Below, piece after piece: positions 1-7,719 of a stretch of DNA of 59,370 nucleotides. The notes beneath the pieces were generated by a model. It was not told the origin of the DNA. It did not search any database and was given only the letters and a program-made list of their open reading frames with translations. Positions within the stretch are counted from its first letter, which is position 1, and the number at the start of each line of letters is the position of its first letter. The position numbers were made by a program, and so were the translations under genes. The stretch covers positions 1 to 59,370 of the IMG/VR virus record IMGVR_UViG_3300045474_000007; one strand, given 5' to 3'. The stretch comes from a virus (taxonomy: Duplodnaviria; Caudoviricetes).

Positions 1-56
1 ACGCCGAGCGTGTAGCGTTGCTTCTCGTTTTTCTCAAGAAAGGGTTTCTGCTTCAT
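1..56 (-). CDS. 5' fragment of probable XkdF-like prohead protease (runs off window)
   Basis: ATG at 56 reads MKQKPFLEKNEKQRYTLG, resembling XkdF-family N-termini; lies after portal and head-morphogenesis genes. Confidence 0.5.
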   Translation of the reverse strand, partial: MKQKPFLEKNEKQRYTLG

Positions 57-68
57 CTATTTTCGCTC

Positions 69-105
69 AAAAAAAAAGCTGGAGCGATCTTTTCGACCGT
101 CCAGC
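69..105 (-). terminator. Intrinsic terminator of late attenuator copy 1
   Basis: GCTGGA-CGGTC-GAAAA-GATCG-C-TCCAGC followed by T9. Confidence 0.8.
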
Positions 106-149
106 CCTTGTCTCAACCTGGGATGGCACCCCAGCTGCTAATGAATAAT

Positions 150-178
150 GCCTTACGCCCTAAGCCCTAAACTGTCAA
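150..178 (-). promoter_or_regulatory. Sigma70-like promoter, late attenuator copy 1
   Basis: TTGACA(178-173)-17 nt-TAAGGC(155-150); homologous layout at 45251-45279. Confidence 0.65.
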
Positions 179-375
179 CCCCTCTTGTTCAAGTCACGCC
201 GAACTTCCATCTGAAACACCGTGGAAATAGGGGAGCCGTTATCCCGGTGAAAGAATACCCGTAGACTGATCCAGTTCATGTTGTCCTCGCTGGCGTGCTC
301 TATCTCTAATTTCCTATGGGCCAATTCGTCGCAAAGCGCAAGACGGATGCGTTCTATGATGGTTAGTTCTGGCAT
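175..375 (-). CDS. Small hypothetical protein
   Basis: 66-aa ORF coupled (TAATG) to the upstream gene. Confidence 0.6.
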   Translation of the reverse strand: MPELTIIERIRLALCDELAHRKLEIEHASEDNMNWISLRVFFHRDNGSPISTVFQMEVRRDLNKRG

Positions 376-2027
376 TAGTTAGTCCCTTCCTTAATTCCCA
401 CGCTGCAACGACAGTTGCTTGCAACTATACCATTCGCGATATAAATTGACCCTAAAGCTTGGAGGTCGAAGATATGTCCCGAATACCAGATCCGTCGAAC
501 CTTACCGATCTGCTTAGGCGCTACATCGAAGGCGAAAGCGAGAAGAAACTGGCGCAAGAGTGTCACATAAGTAGACCTGCCTTTAGAAAACGGCTGCTTC
601 GTAACGGCATTCAACCACGCTCGCAATCTGAAGCCGAAACTATTCGATGGTCTCGGATGTCTAAGGAGCAACGAATCCAACAAGTAGCGCAAGCTCATAT
701 AGCAGCTCGCGGATCTAAGCGATCTATGCAGCAGAAGATCGCCCATGCCAAATCCATTGAAACGCATGCTCATCTCTCTAGCCACGAAAAGATTATGATT
801 AGCATGCTCTCCAACTCGATCACGCCACAAAAGGCTGTCGGCGCATACAACCTCGATATCGCTTTTGACTCCTACCCCGTCGCCGTGGAGATATTCGGAG
901 GAGGATGGCACGCTTACGGAACTCACAGGAAGCGACATTCTGAGCGATTGGAATATATTCTCAATGCAGGATGGAATGTCATTTTCGTTTGGGCCGACCG
1001 TGTCCACTATCCCATTACGGATGCCACCGCAAAGCACGTAATCTCCCTCGTTAAGGAACTGCGCAGGTATAAATCCCCGTTGTGTCAATATCGGATGATT
1101 AGGGCCGACGGTAAGCCGCTTCCCCCATGCATGAATTTCGATTAACTCGCCGCGATACTGCGCTTTAATACCGACTTCCCTAGTTACGCTTTCAACTACA
1201 ACATCAGGGACTAAACAATGGGGATGTAGCGTCGGTCCGCTAATCCTGCGGCCGTCTGGAGATGTAAATAGCCCACCGACCTTTACGTGCTGGTTCTCCG
1301 GCATAGTGGGCAACTCCTCGCACAGATCGCACAACCCCGCGATTCGGGATGGCAACCATACCTGCTCGACTTGAGGAGATAACTCGTTCATCGCTTGAGC
1401 CGTTTTCCATCCAGCCTGCACGCCTGCCGTCCCAGCGTTGATAGACTCTGTACGGCCTATCATCATCGCTCTATCTCTCAGCAGTTTTTCCCCGTAGCGA
1501 AGAACTTTGCCCTCGACATTGCTTGCCCCTTCGTCCAATAGCCGCAGCTCGTAGTTATTAAGAGCCGTCACACGCCGGGGATCCAATCCGATGATGCCTT
1601 TAATCTTGCGAGCCGTGTCCTGCACCGTTACCTGATCGTTCCATGACGCCTCCAGCATCGTTCTAATCCCCGCCTTAACGCTATTGTCGATGCCGACGAT
1701 TAGGTTAGCCGATTCATTTCTCATGTAGTCGATGGCAAACGGGTTATTCATTGTGAAGCTACCGCTTAACCCAAGCTGAACGATGGCAATATTGCCCCCG
1801 GCTTCCACTATCTGAGCCAACGTTTCCCGCATAGCCGAAAACTCCAACCCCGCAGAAGCGTTGCGCAACGCGGAGGCTGGGTCGTGAGCCGTCAATGCCG
1901 CCTCGATAACGTCTAACGTGACTTGGCTCTTGGCACTGCCGACCGCTGCCAGAAACGCGCTCCGCAGGGCTGGTTCGAACGCTCTAGCCGCCCGATCTAT
2001 TGCGGTTAGCGCCGTGGAAACCTCGAC
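375..2027 (-). CDS. Head morphogenesis protein (Mu gpF/SPP1 gp7-like) containing an intein; start uncertain
   Basis: RAMMIGRTE and HPH|CRC motifs; frame is open to 2027, beyond the TTG at 1895. Confidence 0.85.
   Translation of the reverse strand, partial: VEVSTALTAIDRAARAFEPALRSAFLAAVGSAKSQVTLDVIEAALTAHDPASALRNASAGLEFSAMRETLAQIVEAGGNIAIVQLGLSGSFTMNNPFAIDYMRNESANLIVGIDNSVKAGIRTMLEASWNDQVTVQDTARKIKGIIGLDPRRVTALNNYELRLLDEGASNVEGKVLRYGEKLLRDRAMMIGRTESINAGTAGVQAGWKTAQAMNELSPQVEQVWLPSRIAGLCDLCEELPTMPENQHVKVGGLFTSPDGRRISGPTLHPHCLVPDVVVESVTREVGIKAQYRGELIEIHAWGKRLTVGPNHPILTQRGFIPAQFLNEGDYVLCGGIRNGIVDTVGPNENDIPSCIENIFQSLRMSLPVSSVSVPSSSEYLHGDGVGVKSDIEVVCADSLLWRDRVGEHANHNLFVAREMSMRFNGFGMGDLLLHRSLRSASCYMSLRYLLDSLLLRHPRPSNSFGFRLRAWLNAVTKQPFSKGRSTYVTLLRQFLLAFAFDVAPKQIGKVRRIWYSGHIFDLQALGSIYIANGIVASNCRCSVGIKEGTN
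414..1217 (-). mobile_element. Intein (268 aa) in head morphogenesis protein
   Basis: N-terminal CLVPDVVV, block B LTVGPNHPILT, block F YSGHIFDLQ, C-terminal YIANGIVASN|C; splits the conserved HPHCRC motif. Confidence 0.9.
474..1145 (+). CDS. HTH + DUF559/Vsr-like PD-(D/E)XK endonuclease, antisense within the intein
   Basis: GGAGG at 461-465, 8 nt before ATG 474; HTH (GESEKKLAQECHISRPAFRKRL); YNLDIAF..VAVEIFGGGWH..GWNVIFVW nuclease motif. Confidence 0.85.
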   Translation: MSRIPDPSNLTDLLRRYIEGESEKKLAQECHISRPAFRKRLLRNGIQPRSQSEAETIRWSRMSKEQRIQQVAQAHIAARGSKRSMQQKIAHAKSIETHAHLSSHEKIMISMLSNSITPQKAVGAYNLDIAFDSYPVAVEIFGGGWHAYGTHRKRHSERLEYILNAGWNVIFVWADRVHYPITDATAKHVISLVKELRRYKSPLCQYRMIRADGKPLPPCMNFD

Positions 2028-3427
2028 TTATTGGCAGGCTTATTAGGGTTGACCTTTGGGGGGATGGCAGGATCGGGCGGCAAAGCTTCCGGACTCGGTT
2101 GCGGTAAATTGGCAATACGACGCAGTTGCAACTCCAACGCCTCATCCGGGAATAGAGAAGCCCCGGCCGCAGACAGCTTACTCAGGTAGTCTGCCATCTC
2201 GGTAATGTTCGGCGAGGTGATATCCCCATGAGCCATCTTAGGCGGACGGGTTACGTCCATCGCGTTTAGCTCAAGCAGCCGGGGTATCTCGTGGCGGTTA
2301 ATCGGCTCGGTGATCTTGGACAAGAATGAGCCTAAAGCCACAATGAACAACTGAGTTTTATCAGTGGACAACGCCCAACTGCCAGCCGCCCCTTGCCCCA
2401 AAAATATGAAGTCGGCCAATACCGTCATAGCCATGCGCGTTTCATAGCGCGTGATGGTAGCGTCTAGGTCGAATTGTCGGCGCGATCCGGAGGACAGTAA
2501 CGTTAAATTCCACTGGTTAAATTCGGTATTGGCTAGCGATGCGTCTGCCGCCCCCGGCAACAACACCCCTTCTTGCTGGCCCCGGCGGATTGACTTAACT
2601 AACGCTTCCGCTTTGTGGCGAAGCACCGTCATGTCGGGGTCCTTATCGTTGTATAGGTCCAGCCCCGCTGGCGCACGCAGGACGGGCAATCCAGCCAAGT
2701 CGCGCTCTATCCCGATAGCTTCTATCTCCTGGAATCGCTTGGTGTAGTACCACGGCCGGTAGGCGCGACGCAGCAGACTGGCCCCCTCTGGGTTATTCCG
2801 CTCGGTGCGGGTGCGAAATAAGATCGCCTTGTCTATCGGGATTAGAACCTCTTTGGAAATAGGAAAGTTGCTGGCTTGCCACATCCCCTGGATGCCGCCT
2901 GTATTATCAATCTCCCATCGGCGCAGGGTTTCTTGCCCTCGCAGCGCCCACTTGCGCCAACCGATCTTACGGTCATCGTATAGGCTTTTAGGCAGCGGCA
3001 TTCCTAGCTCATCCATTCCCGGGTCCATGCCATTACGCATCTTGTAACATATCTCTGAATACGCCCAACCGAAGGTAAACATGGTAACGATCTCTGACAG
3101 CGTATCGCTCCAACTGGAGGACATATCCTGCCAGCACTGCTCGATGAACTCCTTGGAAACCTCGTCCTCCGGTAATGAGTCCCCGGCTGAATCCTTGAAC
3201 GGCTCAATGCGCCACTCTACCTGCGTTATCATCTGCTCTATGACGAAAAGAATTGTGGCAATGATCGGATCGTTAGCGGCCATCTCCTTGTATTTTTGGA
3301 TGGCCTTGGTGCCCTGGAGATCAACAAGAAACTCCTCGGTTAGCAGTCCGGCGTATTGCTTTAAGCCGGAGGAGCCTATTTCTAGGAATATTTTCTTAGG
3401 GTCGGAAGTCGGAGTTGGTTCGGCCAT
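2006..3427 (-). CDS. Portal protein (DUF935/Mu gp29-like)
   Basis: 473 aa; NPEGASLLRRAYRPW and IGIERDLAGLP motifs; follows TerL. Confidence 0.9.
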   Translation of the reverse strand: MAEPTPTSDPKKIFLEIGSSGLKQYAGLLTEEFLVDLQGTKAIQKYKEMAANDPIIATILFVIEQMITQVEWRIEPFKDSAGDSLPEDEVSKEFIEQCWQDMSSSWSDTLSEIVTMFTFGWAYSEICYKMRNGMDPGMDELGMPLPKSLYDDRKIGWRKWALRGQETLRRWEIDNTGGIQGMWQASNFPISKEVLIPIDKAILFRTRTERNNPEGASLLRRAYRPWYYTKRFQEIEAIGIERDLAGLPVLRAPAGLDLYNDKDPDMTVLRHKAEALVKSIRRGQQEGVLLPGAADASLANTEFNQWNLTLLSSGSRRQFDLDATITRYETRMAMTVLADFIFLGQGAAGSWALSTDKTQLFIVALGSFLSKITEPINRHEIPRLLELNAMDVTRPPKMAHGDITSPNITEMADYLSKLSAAGASLFPDEALELQLRRIANLPQPSPEALPPDPAIPPKVNPNKPANKSRFPRR

Positions 3428-3917
3428 TTAGAGAGCCCCCCTCTGCCTCACTTCTACACGGGGTTAGCCGTTTGCGCAATTCTATTACTTTCCCGATATT
3501 CCAAATACATCCACTTGAACAATCCCAAGCACTGTACCATAGCAAGTCTGGTTCGTATCGAAGAGCTCGATAATATTCAGGCAACTCAATGCCATCATAG
3601 CCAATTTTTGAGAGTCGGGCCCAGTCTAACGACACAGTGAAATGACTACCCCTATCTTTGATACCGTACTCATTTGTAAACTCGATCAGACTACGACCAT
3701 CTTCTAAGATTAGAAGCTTGCACTGACTATCCAAAACCACTTCGTAGTTAAACTCGCCAATCCAATGCGGCACTTCACTTTTGCACCACTGTAACCACGC
3801 ATTGCCCAAGGCATACCATAATCCAGATGGCTTGGAACCGATCTTGAGGTTATAGACTTGCGCTCGATTAAGAGTAATCGCACTCTTGGAATTTATTGTT
3901 CTTGTTTTCAAATCCAT
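3396..3917 (-). CDS. Hypothetical protein inserted between terL and portal
   Basis: 173 aa with KPSGLWY, YDGIE and WDCSSGCIWN motifs; AT-richer than its neighbours. Confidence 0.7.
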   Translation of the reverse strand: MDLKTRTINSKSAITLNRAQVYNLKIGSKPSGLWYALGNAWLQWCKSEVPHWIGEFNYEVVLDSQCKLLILEDGRSLIEFTNEYGIKDRGSHFTVSLDWARLSKIGYDGIELPEYYRALRYEPDLLWYSAWDCSSGCIWNIGKVIELRKRLTPCRSEAEGGSLNGRTNSDFRP

Positions 3918-5386
3918 GCTGCTACCTGCCCGATTCCCATCGGTGCGCCCATCACCTTGGGCTCCGTCCTCTCGAACCGCTGCAAGGCCTGAACCATAGC
4001 GTCCACGTCATCATCGTAATCTCCTTCGGGAAACTCCACCATCAAATCCACTACCTCATTAACCCACGGAACCATAGCCGGGTTAGGCAGCCATAGATTG
4101 CCGGACTCGTGCTGCGGCTGTTGAGCTAGCGCCCTGCCTACCTTGCTGTCCATCTTCATGCCCGGCGGAGGCCAAGGGATAATCCCGGCAATGTGATCGC
4201 GCAATGAATTGATAATAGCTGGCCCGTTGGCCTTATCCTCTACGATCTTAGCCTTTGCCATTGGCCACGCTTGGCACATTAGAGCCAACGCCTTAACACT
4301 GGCGTTGAAGTCCAAGTGCTCGGTGCGCCGCTCTAGCAGATATTTGTTGGACCCCTTCTTTCCCCATACGTGCAGGGCCACCATAGAGCCAGTCTTGAAA
4401 TCCTTGAACGCTGCGTCCATCGAAATGATAACCGTGTCCATCATCGCTGCTGCTTGCTGAGGGGTTTCGGAGTAGTAGCGCCAAAATCCGCGCTTGAATA
4501 TCGCCCCTTCGTCATTGCTTGGGTTCTGCTGATGCTGGGCCTGAAAGATGCGCGGCTTAGTCTTTAGGGCATCGACCTCCACTTGATTGAAGCGTTGGGG
4601 GCATAACAACTCGCCGGGCTTCTTGCGTGGGTCTTTCCATCCGATAGAAGTCATCTTGGATCGGTTCGGCTCGTACTGAGTCGGCAGCATTAGGTATTCC
4701 CAGCCGCCCTCTTTTAGTATCTCCCCGGCAAGGTCCTGTGCGCTTATGCGCTGCATGATGATTAGCCGTCGAGCGTCATTTGGATCGTTGACACGGTTCC
4801 GAACGGCGGAGTTATAGGTGTTGATGGCTGTCTTTAGTTTGGCTTCGGATACCCAATCTTCGGTTGCGTTTGGATCGTCGCAAATAACTGCCTTAGCGCC
4901 CATTCCCGTAACACCGCCCATGCCAAACGCAGCGCGTGTCCCCATCTTATCGTTGGTGAACTTCATCTTCTCGTTCTGATCCGATGTTAGCCGGAACCTG
5001 TCGCTCCAGTTGCGCTGGTACCAATCGGACTCGATAACCCGGCGGCACTTAACCGAGTGATCGCTGGCTAGATGAGAAGCGAACGAAACAAACATGAACG
5101 TGAAGGACGGATCGTGAAGCCAAACCCAAGCAGGCCAGCAGATAGAGCTCACCACAGACTTGGTAGAACGAGGGGCAACGGTTATGAGCAGGTTCTTTAT
5201 CTGGCCGATAAAGAGCGCTTCTAGGTGTTCGCAGATGGCTTGAATATGAAACCCATCTACAAACTTCTCTGTCGGATGCAGGATGGGCCACGACACCCGG
5301 ACGAATTGGTGAAGGCTTTTCTCCGCCAGATACGCGTCGATCTCCTCCAGGGATGGCAACTTAGGCCGGGGTTCAGGCTTGCTCAC
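3908..5386 (-). CDS. terL: Terminase large subunit
   Basis: Walker A variant APRSTKS, Walker B VICDDP, IIMQR, nuclease motifs ISMDAA, VEDKANG and DDDVDA. Confidence 0.95.
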   Translation of the reverse strand: MSKPEPRPKLPSLEEIDAYLAEKSLHQFVRVSWPILHPTEKFVDGFHIQAICEHLEALFIGQIKNLLITVAPRSTKSVVSSICWPAWVWLHDPSFTFMFVSFASHLASDHSVKCRRVIESDWYQRNWSDRFRLTSDQNEKMKFTNDKMGTRAAFGMGGVTGMGAKAVICDDPNATEDWVSEAKLKTAINTYNSAVRNRVNDPNDARRLIIMQRISAQDLAGEILKEGGWEYLMLPTQYEPNRSKMTSIGWKDPRKKPGELLCPQRFNQVEVDALKTKPRIFQAQHQQNPSNDEGAIFKRGFWRYYSETPQQAAAMMDTVIISMDAAFKDFKTGSMVALHVWGKKGSNKYLLERRTEHLDFNASVKALALMCQAWPMAKAKIVEDKANGPAIINSLRDHIAGIIPWPPPGMKMDSKVGRALAQQPQHESGNLWLPNPAMVPWVNEVVDLMVEFPEGDYDDDVDAMVQALQRFERTEPKVMGAPMGIGQVAAWI

Positions 5387-5577
5387 GGTTTCTCTACCGA
5401 TGCACGCACAGCTAAGGCCTCATCTTTTCTCTTTGCCAAATAGGCATCAAGATCAATCTCGTCTAATGACTTAGGACGTGGGGGTAGCGCCGCGCATAGC
5501 GGACACGCCTTGACCCCGAAGTAGATCGTAGGATGTGGGACTGACTCGCCCTTGCATCGTTTCATCATGGCTAACAC
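5383..5577 (-). CDS. Small Zn-finger-like hypothetical protein
   Basis: CPLC motif; overlaps the terL start. Confidence 0.55.
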   Translation of the reverse strand: MLAMMKRCKGESVPHPTIYFGVKACPLCAALPPRPKSLDEIDLDAYLAKRKDEALAVRASVEKP

Positions 5578-5657
5578 CCCTTTGAAATAGCCCCTATTTG
5601 GGCCGTATTTGCGATTCTAGCTAGGGTTCTCCCAGAATAAGGGTAACCCTAGGGGGG
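5574..5657 (+). repeat. Dispersed ~80-bp repeat, copy A (divergent)
   Basis: ACACCCCTTTGAAATAGCCCCTATTTGGGCC...TAAGGGTAACCCTAGGGG. Confidence 0.6.
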
Positions 5658-5669
5658 ATGGCAATAACA

Positions 5670-5855
5670 CTATGCCGCTCTATTCTTCCGCCTGGACGCT
5701 CGTGCCATCTTGCGCCGCACCTTCGCGTGAGCCCTCGCCGCCGCGTGTTTGGTGTTGTAACCCCTCCGCTTGCCGCGCTTTTGCGTCGCGTCGAAATTCA
5801 TTAGGTTTAGAAAATTAAACCACATCCCTTTTGGATCTAGTATGTTTTGGTTCAT
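5670..5855 (-). CDS. Small basic hypothetical protein
   Basis: RBS GAGGGGAG; Arg/Lys-rich C-terminus RRKMARASRRKNR. Confidence 0.6.
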   Translation of the reverse strand: MNQNILDPKGMWFNFLNLMNFDATQKRGKRRGYNTKHAAARAHAKVRRKMARASRRKNRAA

Positions 5856-6018
5856 TGTCTCCCCTCACTGATCTTTGTTATGCGGGCATTCGTGCAGCTC
5901 GCAATGAATATGCCTAACCGTGCTGTCGGAGGTGGTTTCTATCAGGATTAAGTCCGCCGTGGCCTTGCAGCTCCCCTCCATCGCTGCAACCACCCACATA
6001 AACTCTCTGCCGCAGATA

Positions 6019-6420
6019 TCACAAGTAATCATATGGCTCGTCCTCAAGATCGAGCGTGCCATCTTCGCGGATGCCCATAATTCTCTTGCCGCCAGAACTG
6101 CCGTAGGTCGCTTGCCAAACTGGGGTATTCCGCCCCATTTGGTACTCACCGCCCTTGTACCCTGTAAACACTTCTCCCATTGCGCTCCGGCAGAGAATAA
6201 GAGCGTCCGTTGCCGTGATTTTCACGGTAGCGCACTCAAACGCCAGGTCCATGTAATAACCCCGGTAGCTGTGAGGATGGGTTAGATCGACCATCGTTTC
6301 GGGCGGTAGGCTTGCCAGTCGGTCGATAAGCTTCCCGAGCGTCATTTGCGTTTTGCCACGCTCGCATTGCCATTCCATGCCCATTCCATCCATCATTGCC
6401 TGCAATTTGTTTATCATCAT
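6019..6420 (-). CDS. Conserved phage hypothetical protein
   Basis: PHSYRGYY and FTGYKGGEY motifs, typical of a small phage family. Confidence 0.7.
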   Translation of the reverse strand: MMINKLQAMMDGMGMEWQCERGKTQMTLGKLIDRLASLPPETMVDLTHPHSYRGYYMDLAFECATVKITATDALILCRSAMGEVFTGYKGGEYQMGRNTPVWQATYGSSGGKRIMGIREDGTLDLEDEPYDYL

Positions 6421-6422
6421 TT

Positions 6423-6686
6423 TTAGACTCTGCCTTTCTTTTTTTGCCGATCTCGATAGGCTTTCTGTTTCCGCGCTGGTGTTTCGTATAACCGTCGCTC
6501 AGTACAAGTACAACTGGGACAATGCTTAGGAGTGATTCGCCCAATCTTCTTTGCTTGTTCCATTGCGAACTCATTAATATTAATCATTACTGGATGCTTC
6601 CTTGGGATTCTCCTCTCCTCAGGGAATACATGCGGATCTCTTAACGAATGGTTCGCACCACATAGCTTGCATTTTATATTATCCAT
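6423..6686 (-). CDS. Small putative DNA-binding protein, probably leaderless
   Basis: Cys motifs and C-terminal TPARKQKAYRDRQK; no RBS. Confidence 0.6.
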   Translation of the reverse strand: MDNIKCKLCGANHSLRDPHVFPEERRIPRKHPVMININEFAMEQAKKIGRITPKHCPSCTCTERRLYETPARKQKAYRDRQKKKGRV

Positions 6687-6722
6687 GCGTAACGCAGTAA
6701 CATTGCGTTACGCAGTAGTCAA
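6686..6722 (-). promoter_or_regulatory. Promoter overlapped by two palindromic operators
   Basis: TTGACT-17-TACTGC with ATG 7 nt downstream; TGCGTAACGCA (6686-6696) and TGCGTTACGCA (6704-6714). Confidence 0.6.
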
Positions 6723-7315
6723 TCCTCCTGCTCCTCGGTTATATCAATAGCCGTTTTCTCCACCAGCGCCCGCAGGGCTAGCGCTTCCTCTACCGTCAGC
6801 TTTTGCAGATCGAAGTTTCTAATTTGCACCGGCCCGCCCGTTGGCCCCGTCAGTCGTAACGGCTGGGGCACCTTGCCGTCTATCCTGTCGTACAGCTCCT
6901 TGAGTATCTGGGATCCGCGCACCTGGGCCGCATTGTGCCACGCCCGGGCTGCTGTGAACTGAGCCATTGTTATTTTGTCTTTATCCCAGCTTGTCGGGAA
7001 TACGACGCCCCGATCCAACAGGGCTTGCACCGCCGTCTTGGGAGCCGGAGCCGCGCCGTACTCCTTGGTTATGGTTGTCAGGCACAGCTCGGAAGGGGGC
7101 CTACCGTTCGGGTTAGGAGATGGCATCCCAGCCTTCCAGCGCCAAGGCGCAATCCTGTCTAGTCTCAGCTTTTTCTCATCGGCGCTTTTCGTGTCGTGTT
7201 TATCAGGGGCTAAGTCAGGCGGCTTGTTGCCGTTGCTTGTAGGGTCTACCGCGTGGCCGTTTAGCCTTACTTCGGGCTTCCTGGCTTTGCCGTTCGATTT
7301 GCCGTTTTTGCTCAT
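6719..7315 (-). CDS. Probable terminase small subunit (DUF5681-like)
   Basis: WKAGMPSPNPNGRP, DRIDGKVPQ and LTGPTGGPVQ motifs; upstream of terL. Confidence 0.7.
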   Translation of the reverse strand: MSKNGKSNGKARKPEVRLNGHAVDPTSNGNKPPDLAPDKHDTKSADEKKLRLDRIAPWRWKAGMPSPNPNGRPPSELCLTTITKEYGAAPAPKTAVQALLDRGVVFPTSWDKDKITMAQFTAARAWHNAAQVRGSQILKELYDRIDGKVPQPLRLTGPTGGPVQIRNFDLQKLTVEEALALRALVEKTAIDITEEQED

Positions 7316-7694
7316 CGCTTTGTGCCTCGACTTTTAATAATCCTCGACGCAGGTAAGTGGCCTCTATGCTCAGGGCCGCGCAGGTATTGTTGAAACTAAA
7401 TGTCCATTCATCGTCCTCGGCTTGAATCCAATGTAGGGCTTGGAGGTAGACCAATGCAAGCTTGAGGCGTTTAGATTTAGGGTGAGCAATGGTGTTTACG
7501 ACGTCGTGAAGGATGGCTAGATACAGCCGCAGCTCGGGCTCTACGGCAGAGCTTTGGTGAAGGGTGCTGGCAAATAGGTGGCCGCTGATAACATCGTTGA
7601 CCGTGACGGCTCTGGCTGTTGATAGAATATCCTCTGGCGAGGTGTAGTCTTTACTGGATCGGTAGGCTTCTGTCTGGAGTGGATTCATTCCCAT
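7215..7694 (-). CDS. Hypothetical protein, possible late transcription regulator
   Basis: PELRLYLAIL..WI..WTFSFNNTCAALSIEATYLRRGL; sits directly before the packaging genes. Confidence 0.6.
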   Translation of the reverse strand: MGMNPLQTEAYRSSKDYTSPEDILSTARAVTVNDVISGHLFASTLHQSSAVEPELRLYLAILHDVVNTIAHPKSKRLKLALVYLQALHWIQAEDDEWTFSFNNTCAALSIEATYLRRGLLKVEAQSDEQKRQIERQSQEARSKAKRPRGRPYKQRQQAA

Positions 7695-7719
7695 TTTTTC
7701 TCTCCCTCTCTCGGGTTTT

